Below are positions 49,404 through 60,000 of a DNA stretch of 64,000 nucleotides, one piece after another. The translations under genes and the position numbers were made by a program. How positions within the stretch are numbered: position 1 is the first letter of the stretch; each line of letters begins with the position of its first letter. The stretch comes from Spirochaetota bacterium (lineage in GTDB: Bacteria; Spirochaetota; UBA4802; UBA5550): contig CAXXHB010000002.1 in NCBI GenBank assembly GCA_963664815.2, positions 576,001 through 640,000 of the forward strand, in the 5' to 3' direction. The notes under the pieces are model-generated. The model did not search any database. It saw only the letters and a program-made list of their open reading frames with translations, and was not told the DNA's origin.

Positions 49404-49883
49404 ATGAAAGCGTTTCAGGATTTTTACCCGGATGATTATTCACACTGTTATGGTTGTGGAAGACTGAATGAAAAAGGGATGCATATTAAAAGTTATTGGG
49501 ATGGTGATGAAAGTATATGCAGGTTTAAACCAGAATCACATTATACAGGAGGGTTCCCGGGAAATATTTATGGAGGTCTGATTGCATCTATTATTGATTG
49601 TCATTGCGCGGGAACCGCGGCAGCGGCAGACCTCAGGCAGAATGACAGTGTAATCGGAGAAAAACCAATTTCAAGATATGTAACAGCGTCAATAAAGGTT
49701 GATTACCTTAAACCTACACCGGCAGGAGTTGAACTCGAAATCAGGGGGAGGGTTCTTGAAATAACCGGGCGCAAAATAGTTGTAAGTGCAATAGTGAAAG
49801 CTGATGGAGTAACAACGGCAAAAGGAGAAGCTGTAATGGTACAGCTTCCGGATAAGACAAAAAAGATTGAACAAGAGATTTGA
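49404..49883 (+). CDS. PaaI-family (hotdog) thioesterase
   Basis: HCYGCG, YGGLIASIIDCH, VTASIKVDYLKPTP. Confidence 0.88.
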   Translation: MKAFQDFYPDDYSHCYGCGRLNEKGMHIKSYWDGDESICRFKPESHYTGGFPGNIYGGLIASIIDCHCAGTAAAADLRQNDSVIGEKPISRYVTASIKVDYLKPTPAGVELEIRGRVLEITGRKIVVSAIVKADGVTTAKGEAVMVQLPDKTKKIEQEI

Positions 49884-49973
49884 TAATCATTACTGCAATA
49901 AATTTTATTGGCGTACTGATATATATAATTTTGCGAGTTAATAATTATTTAATATAATCCAAGGAGAGGGTTT

Positions 49974-51170
49974 ATGAAGAAAGTAGTAATCTGTTCTGCG
50001 GTAAGGACTGCGGTTGGTTCATTTGGCGGGATGTTTAAAGATGTACCATCAGTTGATCTCGGGGCGGCTGTAATTAAAGAAGCACTTGTAAGGGCAAAAA
50101 TATCCGGGAAAGATGTAGATGAAGTTGTTTTCGGATGTGTTCTTCAGGCGGGTCTCGGTCAGAATATTTCAAGGCAGTGTTCACTTAAGGCGGGAATTCC
50201 AATAGAGGTTCCAACGTTTACAATAAATAAAGTATGCGGATCAGGACTAAGAAGTGTTGCCCTTGCCGCGCAGATCATAAAAGCGGGAGATGCAGATATT
50301 ATAGTAGCGGGCGGGACGGAGAGCATGAGTAATGCCCCATTCATTGCACCAAAAGTACGCTGGGGTATAAGAATGGGGAATGCCGAGCTTATTGATGAGA
50401 TGGTATTCGGCGGCCTTACGGATATTTTCAACGGGTATCATATGGGTATTACAGCTGAAAATCTTGCGGAGAAATTCAATATAACACGTAAGGATCAGGA
50501 TGAGTTTGCTCTGAGTTCGCAGCAGAAAGCACAGAAAGCGATAGAGTCAGGCCGCTTTGTTGATGAGATTGTTCCGTTTGAAGTTACAACGAAAAAAGGA
50601 GTTATAAGGATTGATAAGGATGAGCATTATACACCAGGATCAACAATGGATAGTCTTGGAAAGCTCCGTGCTGCATTTAAAAAAGATGGAACAGTAACTG
50701 CGGGAAATGCATCTGGTATTAATGACGGGGGATCGGCATTCGTTGTAATGAGTGAAGAAAAAGCAAAAGCAATAGGCGCGCCTATATTTGCCGAGATAGT
50801 TGATTATGCTTCGGGTGGTGTTGATCCTTCGATAATGGGATATGGTCCTGTTCCGGCTATTAAGAAGATGATGAAAAAAGCAGATATAAAATTTGATGAT
50901 ATAGATCTTTTTGAATTAAATGAAGCTTTCGCAGCTCAGTCAATTGCTGTCGTGAAAGGTCTTGAACAGGAGGGAGTTGGCAAAATCGATATGGCCAGGG
51001 TAAATGTAAATGGAGGAGCAATTGCCATAGGGCATCCTATAGGTGCATCTGGTGGAAGAATTCTGGTTACACTTCTTCATGAGCTGAAAAAACAGGGTAA
51101 GAAAACAGGACTTGCCGCGCTATGTATAGGTGGAGGTATGGGGACATCAATGATTGTTAAAATTGTATAA
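49974..51170 (+). CDS. thlA: Acetyl-CoA C-acetyltransferase (thiolase)
   Basis: [31 protein letters not shown]. Confidence 0.93.
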   Translation: MKKVVICSAVRTAVGSFGGMFKDVPSVDLGAAVIKEALVRAKISGKDVDEVVFGCVLQAGLGQNISRQCSLKAGIPIEVPTFTINKVCGSGLRSVALAAQIIKAGDADIIVAGGTESMSNAPFIAPKVRWGIRMGNAELIDEMVFGGLTDIFNGYHMGITAENLAEKFNITRKDQDEFALSSQQKAQKAIESGRFVDEIVPFEVTTKKGVIRIDKDEHYTPGSTMDSLGKLRAAFKKDGTVTAGNASGINDGGSAFVVMSEEKAKAIGAPIFAEIVDYASGGVDPSIMGYGPVPAIKKMMKKADIKFDDIDLFELNEAFAAQSIAVVKGLEQEGVGKIDMARVNVNGGAIAIGHPIGASGGRILVTLLHELKKQGKKTGLAALCIGGGMGTSMIVKIV

Positions 51171-51220
51171 TATTCATTCATTAAAAGTGTTTTTATGTAT
51201 CCGCTTCAATAATAGAAAAC

Positions 51221-51253
51221 AGCCCCCGACCATGATCGGGGGCTTAAAAAAAA
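51221..51253. other. Strong hairpin downstream of thiolase (terminator-like, but followed by an A run)
   Basis: AGCCCCCGA-CCATGA-TCGGGGGCT. Confidence 0.55.
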
Positions 51254-51364
51254 TAGATCTATCATCTCTGCGATTCAGATATGCTGGTATTCTTCGATTC
51301 ATTGTTGACAAAAAGATATCCTATTTTTTATATTAAGAAAAACAGAGGGTTTGGTGTTTATACA

Positions 51365-52219
51365 ATGAGCGAAAATTCAAAGTTCAAATCCGTTGTATTT
51401 GCCGGAGGTGGAAGCCGCTGCTTCTGGCAGCTTGGATTCTGGAACACTGCGGCTGCTGCCTTGAATATAAGACCATCTGCTGTTTCCGGCGTAAGCGGAG
51501 GTGCAGCTTTTGCATGTTTCTCTATTTCAGGAGATGCAGCTGAGATACTGACTTATTTTAAAAAACTTACCGGTGCGAACCGGAAAAATTTTTATCCGTC
51601 AAATTTGTTTCGAAAGGAATCGGTGTTTCCTCATTACGAAATGTATAAAGACGCAATACTTCACAGTCTTAACGATGTAACAATTAAAAAAATTCTTAAC
51701 GGTCCTGATATAAGAATTCTGATTGCACGGCCGCCGGGATGGATGGGTGCCTGGTTTTCAGCTTTTACAGGAGTTGTTTTGTATAATATAGAGAAGCATA
51801 TCCTTCACCCGCTTCATCCGGTTTTTTCTTCCATAGCGGGTTTCAGGGGGGAGGTTGTTTCAATAAAGAAATGCAGAACCAGGGAAGAGGTAGCTGATCT
51901 TATATTGGAATCTTCCTGCATGCCTCCATTTATGCCGGTGATGAGGCGTAATAATGATGTAGTTCTTGATGGAGGGTTAATAGACAATGTCCCGATAAGC
52001 ATACTTGATGACTGTGAGGGGGAAAAACTTGTATTGCTTACAAGACACTATAAAGATAAAATCATTCCGAAAAATGATGGAATAACATACGTTCAGCCGT
52101 CAGAGATAATTCCAATAACAAAATGGGAATATACTGATCCTGATGGATTGCAGTATGTTTATGATCTTGGAAGAAGGGATGGAGAAAAATTTGCAAAGAA
52201 ACTTAAAACTGCGCGTTGA
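51365..52219 (+). CDS. Patatin-like phospholipase
   Basis: FAGGGSR, GVSGG (GxSxG), LDGG; TTGACA upstream at 51305. Confidence 0.88.
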   Translation: MSENSKFKSVVFAGGGSRCFWQLGFWNTAAAALNIRPSAVSGVSGGAAFACFSISGDAAEILTYFKKLTGANRKNFYPSNLFRKESVFPHYEMYKDAILHSLNDVTIKKILNGPDIRILIARPPGWMGAWFSAFTGVVLYNIEKHILHPLHPVFSSIAGFRGEVVSIKKCRTREEVADLILESSCMPPFMPVMRRNNDVVLDGGLIDNVPISILDDCEGEKLVLLTRHYKDKIIPKNDGITYVQPSEIIPITKWEYTDPDGLQYVYDLGRRDGEKFAKKLKTAR

Positions 52220-52241
52220 TAATCATAGCGCAGTTTTAAGT
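52201..52241. terminator. Hairpin between convergent genes
   Basis: ACTTAAAACTGCGC ... GCGCAGTTTTAAGT, 14-bp arms. Confidence 0.6.
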
Positions 52242-52276
52242 TTATCTAAACGGGATCTCTTTTCATGTAAAACAGG

Positions 52277-52774
52277 TTATTTTGAATCACAACTGCACCT
52301 GGTTTTCCACTCTTGAACCGAGTTGAGACGTATTCTCCTTCTCTCCTGAGCCTCGCAGTTTCTTCTTTTTTCTTCATCGGTTTCAAGAATCAACGGGTTT
52401 ATAGGTTTAGGCTTTAAGTGTTCATCAAGTGCTACAAATGTAAGATAAGCAGATCCTGTATGCCTGACTTCTCCTGTGACAAAGTTTTCAGCTTCTACTC
52501 TTACCCCGATTTCCATGGATGTCTTTCCAACATAGTTGACACTGGCGCTGACGCGTAGAAGGTCACCAACAAATACTGGTGAGTGAAAATCGACTTTATC
52601 TATTGATGCCGTGACGCAGTTTAGTCCCGCGTGCCTTATTCCTGTTATCCCTGCAGTGTTGTCTATCAGCTTCAGTATAACTCCTCCATGAACATTACCT
52701 GCAAGATTTGCATCCTGATGAGTCATCTGCTGAACCACTGTTATGCTGCTGTCTTTTACTTTTTTACTTTCCAT
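52277..52774 (-). CDS. Acyl-CoA thioesterase (YciA-like hotdog)
   Basis: DANLAGNVHGGVILKLID, VTASID, GKTSMEIGV, TFVALD. Confidence 0.92.
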   Translation of the reverse strand: MESKKVKDSSITVVQQMTHQDANLAGNVHGGVILKLIDNTAGITGIRHAGLNCVTASIDKVDFHSPVFVGDLLRVSASVNYVGKTSMEIGVRVEAENFVTGEVRHTGSAYLTFVALDEHLKPKPINPLILETDEEKRRNCEAQERRRIRLNSVQEWKTRCSCDSK

Positions 52775-52957
52775 CTGGCAACTCCGTATATTATTATTAA
52801 ATATAAATTTTAATCATTAAAGATAATTATATATTCAGCAAGAATTATTTAAGTACTTAATAATATACTAAATATTCATTTTTTTGTCAAAACAATATTT
52901 ATTTTTTTATAATAAATCGGAGAATAAGGAAGTATTAAATAATTTTAGTTAAAAAAT

Positions 52958-53001
52958 ATGTTTTTATAAATAATTTGTTTTTTGATTATTTATAAAAACA
53001 T
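52958..53001. repeat. Perfect 17-bp inverted repeat with 10-bp spacer
   Basis: ATGTTTTTATAAATAAT (52958-52974) and ATTATTTATAAAAACAT (52985-53001). Confidence 0.7.
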
Positions 53002-53195
53002 TTTATAATTGCAATAATCTGTAAAAGCATATTTAAATGTAAAATGTTTATGTTCCCCGGCAGCGGTATACTCATTGATATTTGTGTTATATCTGCATTA
53101 AAGTTGACAAATGGTAGTAAGCTGAAATTATTATATAGACGTTATACAGGATCATTTTCCCGGCAGCAATAAACTATTATAAATGAGGTTTAAGA

Positions 53196-53687
53196 ATGAA
53201 AATCAGGATTCCTATTATAGTCTGCATGGTTATAGCGCAGATTAGTTGTTCAACGGTTACACACAGGGCTGAAAATGCTACACCGGAAGTTAAAAATTTT
53301 TTTGGTGATGTAATTCTTGGTATTATCGACGGAGCGGATAAAGCCGCATCATATAAGGTTAAAACCGAAAAGATGAAAATTCCGATGGGAAAAAATATTT
53401 ACGGTTATCCGGTAATTTCTGAAGGGCCTGCTCTTGATTCATCCCAGCTGGCGGTATTTAAAAATATTCTTCTAGATGAAAACACATATGATTTTAAATG
53501 GGCAAAGAAATCATTTGTTTTTCCCGATTATGCCATAGTCCTTAAAAAAGGTAATGAAGAAGTTATAGTTTTTATTGATTTCTACAGGAAAGAACTTTTG
53601 TTCGTATATAAAGGGAAAGAACTTGTAGAGGATTTTGATAATGCAGAAAAACAGGTTAAGAAACTTGTTGATGATATTTTCAGGTGA
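53196..53687 (+). CDS. Putative lipoprotein
   Basis: Signal ending AQISC; GAGG RBS; upstream of the caspase-family gene. Confidence 0.65.
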   Translation: MKIRIPIIVCMVIAQISCSTVTHRAENATPEVKNFFGDVILGIIDGADKAASYKVKTEKMKIPMGKNIYGYPVISEGPALDSSQLAVFKNILLDENTYDFKWAKKSFVFPDYAIVLKKGNEEVIVFIDFYRKELLFVYKGKELVEDFDNAEKQVKKLVDDIFR

Positions 53688-53700
53688 AAGGTAACAGATT

Positions 53701-54927
53701 ATGAAATACGTGAAATTATTAATACTGAATTGTATATTTATTGCAGCATTGAGCGTTAACGCTTTTTCTGTGACAATGCATGCTATTTTTGTAATCAACA
53801 CGGAAGATAAGGGCATTGGGTGTGAGTATGATATGAAAAACTGGGAGACACTTCTTCCGGAGATAAAAAAATATTCAGGTATGACAATAACAACTCATTA
53901 TCTTAAGGATAAAAACTGGAGCGAGACTGCTGTTAATAAAAAGATTGCCCAGATAAAACCGGGTGCGGATGATGTTGTACTGTTTTATTACTCGGGACAT
54001 GGTTTCAGGTTTCAGCAGGGACAGAAAGATCAATGGCCCTATCTGGCTCTTCAGGAGGGTGTGAAAAGTCTCCAGACAATCTATACAGAGTTGTATAAAA
54101 AGAATCCCCGGCTCCTGATTGTCGTTTCGGACTGCTGCAACAGCTTCTGTCCGGGATCTCCGCCCAAGGTACAGTCAAGGGCTGCAATATCAGAAACCAA
54201 AATTGCGGAAAATTACAAGATACTGTTTCTGAAATCAAAGGGTGCAATCATAGCATCCGGCTGCACTCCGGGACAGTATTCATACGGCGGAGCTCCGGAT
54301 GGTGGGGCATACACCAGTACTCTGTTAAAAAACATCAAACTCTCAGTTCGGGGTGACAATTCTTCATGGAAACAGATATTCGAAACCTCAAATCAGCCAC
54401 TTGTAGGTGGAAAACAGCAACCTCAGTACAAGCTTGACTTTAATCCGCTGAGTAATGAAAACTCATCTGATATAGCTTCAGATAAAAACAATGAAGAAAC
54501 TGACGGGAAAATAGCTATTAATAATAATGAAGATGTTCAGGAAATCGAGAATAATGATAACGCAACTGCCGGTGGAGATGTTGACTTTGACGATCTCAAA
54601 GATGCAGACTGGTGCTCGCAGGCTTTAGAAACCAGGAATATGTTCAACAATGCCCTTGTTCTTCTTGAATCAGAGAAATACCTGCCAAGTGATTCGGATG
54701 AGTTTGAACAGCTTCTGGAATACGCTGAAATGCAGGAGGGATTTTTTACCAAGGATGAACCCGATAAGGAATCTGCTAAATACTGGAATGACGTAGTTAA
54801 TCTTGTAAACGCCATGACAAATAAAAATGCAGGAAAAGTTAAGATGAAAAAAATGGTGACTTTTTTAAAAGAAGCACAGAGTGAAATGCTGAAGATAATA
54901 CATGAACAGGCATGCAGGAAGAAATAA
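53701..54927 (+). CDS. Exported caspase-family (C14) peptidase with acidic linker and helical C-terminal domain
   Basis: Signal peptide (..ALSVNA|F); dyad FYYSGHG and VVSDCC; GGAYT. Confidence 0.8.
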   Translation: MKYVKLLILNCIFIAALSVNAFSVTMHAIFVINTEDKGIGCEYDMKNWETLLPEIKKYSGMTITTHYLKDKNWSETAVNKKIAQIKPGADDVVLFYYSGHGFRFQQGQKDQWPYLALQEGVKSLQTIYTELYKKNPRLLIVVSDCCNSFCPGSPPKVQSRAAISETKIAENYKILFLKSKGAIIASGCTPGQYSYGGAPDGGAYTSTLLKNIKLSVRGDNSSWKQIFETSNQPLVGGKQQPQYKLDFNPLSNENSSDIASDKNNEETDGKIAINNNEDVQEIENNDNATAGGDVDFDDLKDADWCSQALETRNMFNNALVLLESEKYLPSDSDEFEQLLEYAEMQEGFFTKDEPDKESAKYWNDVVNLVNAMTNKNAGKVKMKKMVTFLKEAQSEMLKIIHEQACRKK

Positions 54928-54946
54928 TACTTTATTAATCTGTGAG

Positions 54947-54987
54947 AAAAAATCGCCGGTGTGGGATAACTGCATCGGCTTTTTTTA
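54947..54987. terminator. Bidirectional intrinsic terminator between convergent units
   Basis: A run, GCCGGTG...CATCGGC stem, T7 run. Confidence 0.6.
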
Positions 54988-55002
54988 TGTTTTATTGGAG
55001 TG

Positions 55003-57024
55003 TCAGTTACTTTGTGATTGCGAAATAGTTTTTTTAAAAAGTATCTTTTCCGATTCCCATGCCGCCATTGAACCTGTACCTTTTCTGATAACAGCAACTA
55101 TTCCCGAAGAGTTTGATCCACCGGTAAAAATCCCATAACCATGATGTTTGTTGGTTCCGGCGATGACGGTTCCTGTTTTTCCCCATAACTCTGCTGAATT
55201 ATACGTGGTTGCAACATCGCCGGAATTCTTTAAATGCAGTAAATTAATCTTTTCACGTGAATTTTTTGCAGTACCTTCGGTGAATGTTTTATGGAGCGCG
55301 CTGAAAATTGCGTAAATTTTACCTGAATGATGTCGGGTGCTTTCCAGAAAAATATAACGGTTAAGCTTTATTATTCCATCTACTGAGATAGTTATGTTAA
55401 AATTAAGACCGGCCAGAAGAGCGGAAAAATCTTTTTTACTCCTGGTTTCAGGTAAAGTCATTTCAATGCCATGTTTCATTGTAAAGTCCAGTATCCATCT
55501 TCGAAAATCAGCAGGATCAATATTACTGTAGAGCGATGCAAAATAGCGGTTGCATGAATGGTACAGGGCACGGCTGATATTCATTTTGCCGTGACCCTCT
55601 TTTTGCCAGCAGTTTGCCGGAAGATTTTTATCGTCTGTACTCTCGGTGCAGTTAAAAGTATAGTTGTAGAACAGATCAGGCCTCTGTTCTGCGAGATAAA
55701 GCGCGATGAAAAGCTTGAAAATTGACCCGCATGGAATAATTCTGTTACGAAAAGAAGTTCCACCCCTGCTGTTAATGACCTCTCCGGAAGTATAATCAAA
55801 GGCAATATACTGAAGGTAATGATTCGTTTCTGTTTTTAATATACTTTTAAACTCAAGAGAGGGATAATAATGTTCGAGAATTTCATACCGGGAGAATCCC
55901 CTTTCGGCAAGTTGAAGCGCCCCCTCAAGGCTCATACCGGTGCAATGCCCCATGCCGGAACCTGTGAATTCATAAACACCGTTGTTTTCAGAAACATGGT
56001 AGTTATTGCTTTTTATAAAGTTCCATCCTTTTATCCTGTTAACCCTTATGCGAAAGCTTTCAGGAGGTATGGTTTCACTTCCGGCATCTGTTTCGACTAA
56101 GGTTATCTCTTTATCCCTGTCAAAATTTATTTTTTTCAGATTTATATTTCCTGCCGGATAGAGGATTTGAACAAGTTCATTGCTGTCTATCTTTGCTTTC
56201 CATGAGTTATGCCGGTTTCTGCTAAGCGTCAGATTTTCAGAGTAGATTATATCCTTTGGAGGCTCAAAATTCCTCCCATGGTTGTTGAAGATGGTTTCTG
56301 TGAACAGGGTTCCCCCGCTCGAGGCATGAAAAAAAAGACCACTGGTTATACTCTCCGTATTGATATATATGTCATCATTGAAAATTTTTCCGGTTATACC
56401 CTTGTAAGACTGGCAGCATGTAAGATCGCAGAAGTGGTATCCATTATGTTTACCTGTAAGGTAAGGGAGTCTGCATCTTGCCTTTATGAGGTGTGCAAGG
56501 GCGTAAAGAGCCTCCGATTGTTTTTCTGTAATATTACCGAATTCAGCATATGCAGAGTCTATTGCAAAACGGTCTATTGTCTCCTCTATAGATAATTCAA
56601 TGTCGGAGCCGGAGAATTTTATTTTGAGAGGGAGAGGATATATTCTCTTCTCCCCGTTTATATCAGCTGTAAAAGTACTGCCGCGATCTGAAGGATAGAG
56701 CGTAAACTCACCTCTGTTAAAAATGCTATTCTCTGTTTTTATTGAAAAGGTATGTCCGTCAGTGAGTATTGAAAGTTTAACACAGGAAAATCTGTTATTA
56801 CCGGTATCGAGTTCACAATATCTGGGGAGTGTCAGCTGAATGCTGCCTGTTTTATTCTCTTTCAGCAGACGGAGATGTTTTGACAGAATAAGAATTCTGG
56901 CTTTATCTTCAGCTGAAGGTATATTTTCATGAGTTTTTTCCGCTCTCAAACCTGTTTCGAGAGCGGAAAAAATTATAATAAAGAGAATTAACCATACAGC
57001 CTTTAAACGGCTAATTACTTGCAT
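55003..57024 (-). CDS. SpoIID/LytB-domain protein fused to a penicillin-binding transpeptidase-like domain (start uncertain)
   Basis: SpoIID motifs AEFG, HFCDLTCCQSY, FHASSGG, GMGHCTGMS, EILEHYYP; then PCGSIFK (SxxK), SCN (SxN), KTGT (KTG). Confidence 0.78.
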   Translation of the reverse strand: MQVISRLKAVWLILFIIIFSALETGLRAEKTHENIPSAEDKARILILSKHLRLLKENKTGSIQLTLPRYCELDTGNNRFSCVKLSILTDGHTFSIKTENSIFNRGEFTLYPSDRGSTFTADINGEKRIYPLPLKIKFSGSDIELSIEETIDRFAIDSAYAEFGNITEKQSEALYALAHLIKARCRLPYLTGKHNGYHFCDLTCCQSYKGITGKIFNDDIYINTESITSGLFFHASSGGTLFTETIFNNHGRNFEPPKDIIYSENLTLSRNRHNSWKAKIDSNELVQILYPAGNINLKKINFDRDKEITLVETDAGSETIPPESFRIRVNRIKGWNFIKSNNYHVSENNGVYEFTGSGMGHCTGMSLEGALQLAERGFSRYEILEHYYPSLEFKSILKTETNHYLQYIAFDYTSGEVINSRGGTSFRNRIIPCGSIFKLFIALYLAEQRPDLFYNYTFNCTESTDDKNLPANCWQKEGHGKMNISRALYHSCNRYFASLYSNIDPADFRRWILDFTMKHGIEMTLPETRSKKDFSALLAGLNFNITISVDGIIKLNRYIFLESTRHHSGKIYAIFSALHKTFTEGTAKNSREKINLLHLKNSGDVATTYNSAELWGKTGTVIAGTNKHHGYGIFTGGSNSSGIVAVIRKGTGSMAAWESEKILFKKTISQSQSN

Positions 57025-60000
57025 TATTAACATCAAGAATTGTCGGGAGAGTCCACCCCTGGATTGCTTCTTCGTACATACACTCAATTCGTGCAGGTCT
57101 CATAATAAAAGAACCTGGCAGTTCAGCCCGGATAATGTATGCAATTTCGTATTCTTTCTCTTTTTCTATCCCTGTGAAGAAGAATACCATCCGGTTGTCT
57201 CTTCTTTCAATGTGGGAGTAGGGCTGAAACTCGTTATATGCACTCTCCCTGACTACTTCAAAACCTGCAGGGAGATAATCCTCCAGAACCATAAATCCGA
57301 AGCTGTCCTGTGCGCGGAATTTCACCCTGACTAGAAGCTCGTCACCGACATTGATCTTTCCTTTTTCATCAATATTCTGCGGTACAAGGTATTCCTGGAG
57401 TTTCATATCCTTTACCCTGTTGAGGAATGATATCTCTCTGCGTGCGGTAATACCGTTTGAAAGAGCCATGATTCCCCTTTTTTCAGATTTCATAAAAGAG
57501 AAAAGACCTTTCGGTTTAAAGTACAGTGTCCCGCGAAGCGATGCGGAAAATGTAGTGTCAGGAGATTCATCGCCGGATACTGTAAGCTTATAAATGTCAG
57601 CTTTTCTGTTTTTACCGAGCTTTATAGTGCGTTTTAATGAATCCGGATCGGAGTTGAGGGAATATGATACTTTTTCCAGCTTTTCTCCGTTAAGGGCAAA
57701 TTCAATGCTGCCGGAAGTTTTGAAGTCTAAACCATTGGCAGTAAGATAATCGCAGAGCGCAAGAATTACCGTTCCGGATTCCTTGGTGGAGTTCCAGGAA
57801 CCGGATTTAAATCTCTTTGACAATGATGAGACGGCCTGCGAGGTTACAGAAGATCTGTCGCCTGAGATTAAAAGCGCTGAAAGTACATGAGCTGTTACTT
57901 CTGTATTTCCGCCGGCCCAGTTCCATGATTGCCCCTCTGCTGCCGGCCAGTATATTCCTGAAGAATCGCGTTTGGCTGATTCATTTATCTTCTTCTTTAA
58001 AATAACAGATATTTCATCAATCTCCCGCGATTCATGTTCCTGCAGGGTGCTCTTACCCCTGAATAATGATATTGCTTTCAGCAGGTTTGCGGCCTGATAG
58101 GGATTCAGATCTTTTGAAAAGGCAATTCTTTTGAAAACCGGGTGATACCATTTCCCGAACATGGAGTATATGCTTGTAAGGTAGGAAAGTTCATCGTTAT
58201 CCATTTTTTCAGGTGATTGAAATATGCGCAGTATTGCCGCAAGCCCCTGGTTGAAGGTGTTTTCGTTTACAGGGTAACCGAAGTTTTTTGCCTGTAACAG
58301 TGAGTACATTGCAAACCCGGTAGTGTATGTATTTCCCCTGTCTCCCTCCCACCAGCCCCATGTGCCGTCATAGTTCTGTGCTTTTATTATGCGCTGTATA
58401 CCTTCTGGAATATTATTCTCAACCTGCTTTTTAAGTTTTTCAGGAATAGCTTTTGAATAACCGCTTCCCGAGAGAAGTTTAAGCATGGCAAGGTTGGGTA
58501 AAAATTTATTGATAGTCTGTTCAATACAACCATATGGATATTCGTTCAGATACTCGACGGCTGCTATTATCTGTGTTACCGGAGAGGGGTTAACACAGAC
58601 AAGAATCTCTTCAGGTACAAAATCAAAATCATCGTTCCCCCTGACAGGTTTAAGAATAATCTCTTTGTTGCCATGCATATCCCCTGCGCCGGAGACAACA
58701 TACCTGAGTCCACGCTTTTCAACTGGGACTGTATATTTTACAGCATCACCCTTTGAACCGTGAATTAAAGATTTAAATTCAAGGGAGATAGATTCCTTCT
58801 TTTCAGGTACCATAAGCGTATAATTTTTTGCAGATGAACCGAAACCGGGGAGACTTATTTTGAAATCATTTTCTGGTAAAAGTATTTTACCGTCGGCCTT
58901 AAACTCTGTTGTGACAGATTCCATCCCCGAGTCCGTATTGTTATTGACTATACCTATAAGACCGGCTTTGTCGCCTTCAACCAGGAACCTGGGTTTGCCG
59001 ATGCGGGCAATAATGTCCTGAGTGGAAAGGAACTTCTTCCTGGCCTCCCCCATGCGTCCCTTAAGGTCATGGCCGCGTACGGTTAACCGCCATGTAGTGA
59101 GATTATCGGGGAGAATAAACGATACCTCTGCTTCACCCTTCGCATCAGTTTTAATGTTTGACTCCCAGAAGGCTGTGTCGCGGAAATTTTCCCTGACTCT
59201 TACACTTGCATCTTTCCCCGCGCCGGCAAGAAGGGTGATTGGATATGAATATGTTGTAATTACCCAGTTTGAAATCTTTGAGTAGAAAAAGCCTGAAATT
59301 TCCGGAGTGGAATCGGATCTTATATAGAATATTGATTCATCAACTGCGGCAAGAGAGAAATCGGCAGAGACCGGTTTTCCCGCAGGATCAACAGCATTGA
59401 CTTTGATCCTGGCAGTTTCACCGGGGCCGTACTTCTCTTTTTCCGGTATAAGAGTAATATAAAGTTTAACATCATCAACCGGAATAGTAACCTCACTGTC
59501 GGTTGTATATAACGCCCTTCCGCGCTGCATTGCGCCGCGGATAAAAAGGTTGGGAGCAAGTTTTGAATCTATACTGAAAGTAACAGGGACAACGTGTTTA
59601 TTCATCTTAATAACTTTTGTTTCATAAACATCCCGCCCCTCAAGTGTCAGCATAACATATGAGTCGGTGAATCTGCTTTTAACAAGACATGTAACCTCTC
59701 CGCTCTTCTCCATTGATGCTTTGTTAAGGGTAACCTCCAGTTCCCTGTATTTTGAGTCGATATCACCCCCGTTGTCACTGTATATCCATAGAATTTTTGA
59801 ACCGCTGACAAGATTGTCCCTTGAATCGCGCCCCTGGGCTATAAGGTCATATTCTCCGTCGCCGCTGAAATCAGCGGGGAGTGAAAATCCGGCTGAACCG
59901 GTTTTGTCAGTGGAGATTTTTTTTGTATAGAAAGGCCTGCTGTCATGGACATAAACCCTTTCTACAGGTTTCCAGATATAACGGTAAAGATTAATTTCAA

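Noticed and set aside
53050-53072. TGTTCCCCGGCAGCGG resembles the start of a type I-E CRISPR repeat
   Set aside because: Only a 9-bp core recurs once (53159); no regular repeat-spacer array and no cas genes
54537-55097. 186-aa minus-strand ORF spanning the caspase end and terminator
   Set aside because: Antisense to the caspase gene, crosses a terminator, no recognisable domain
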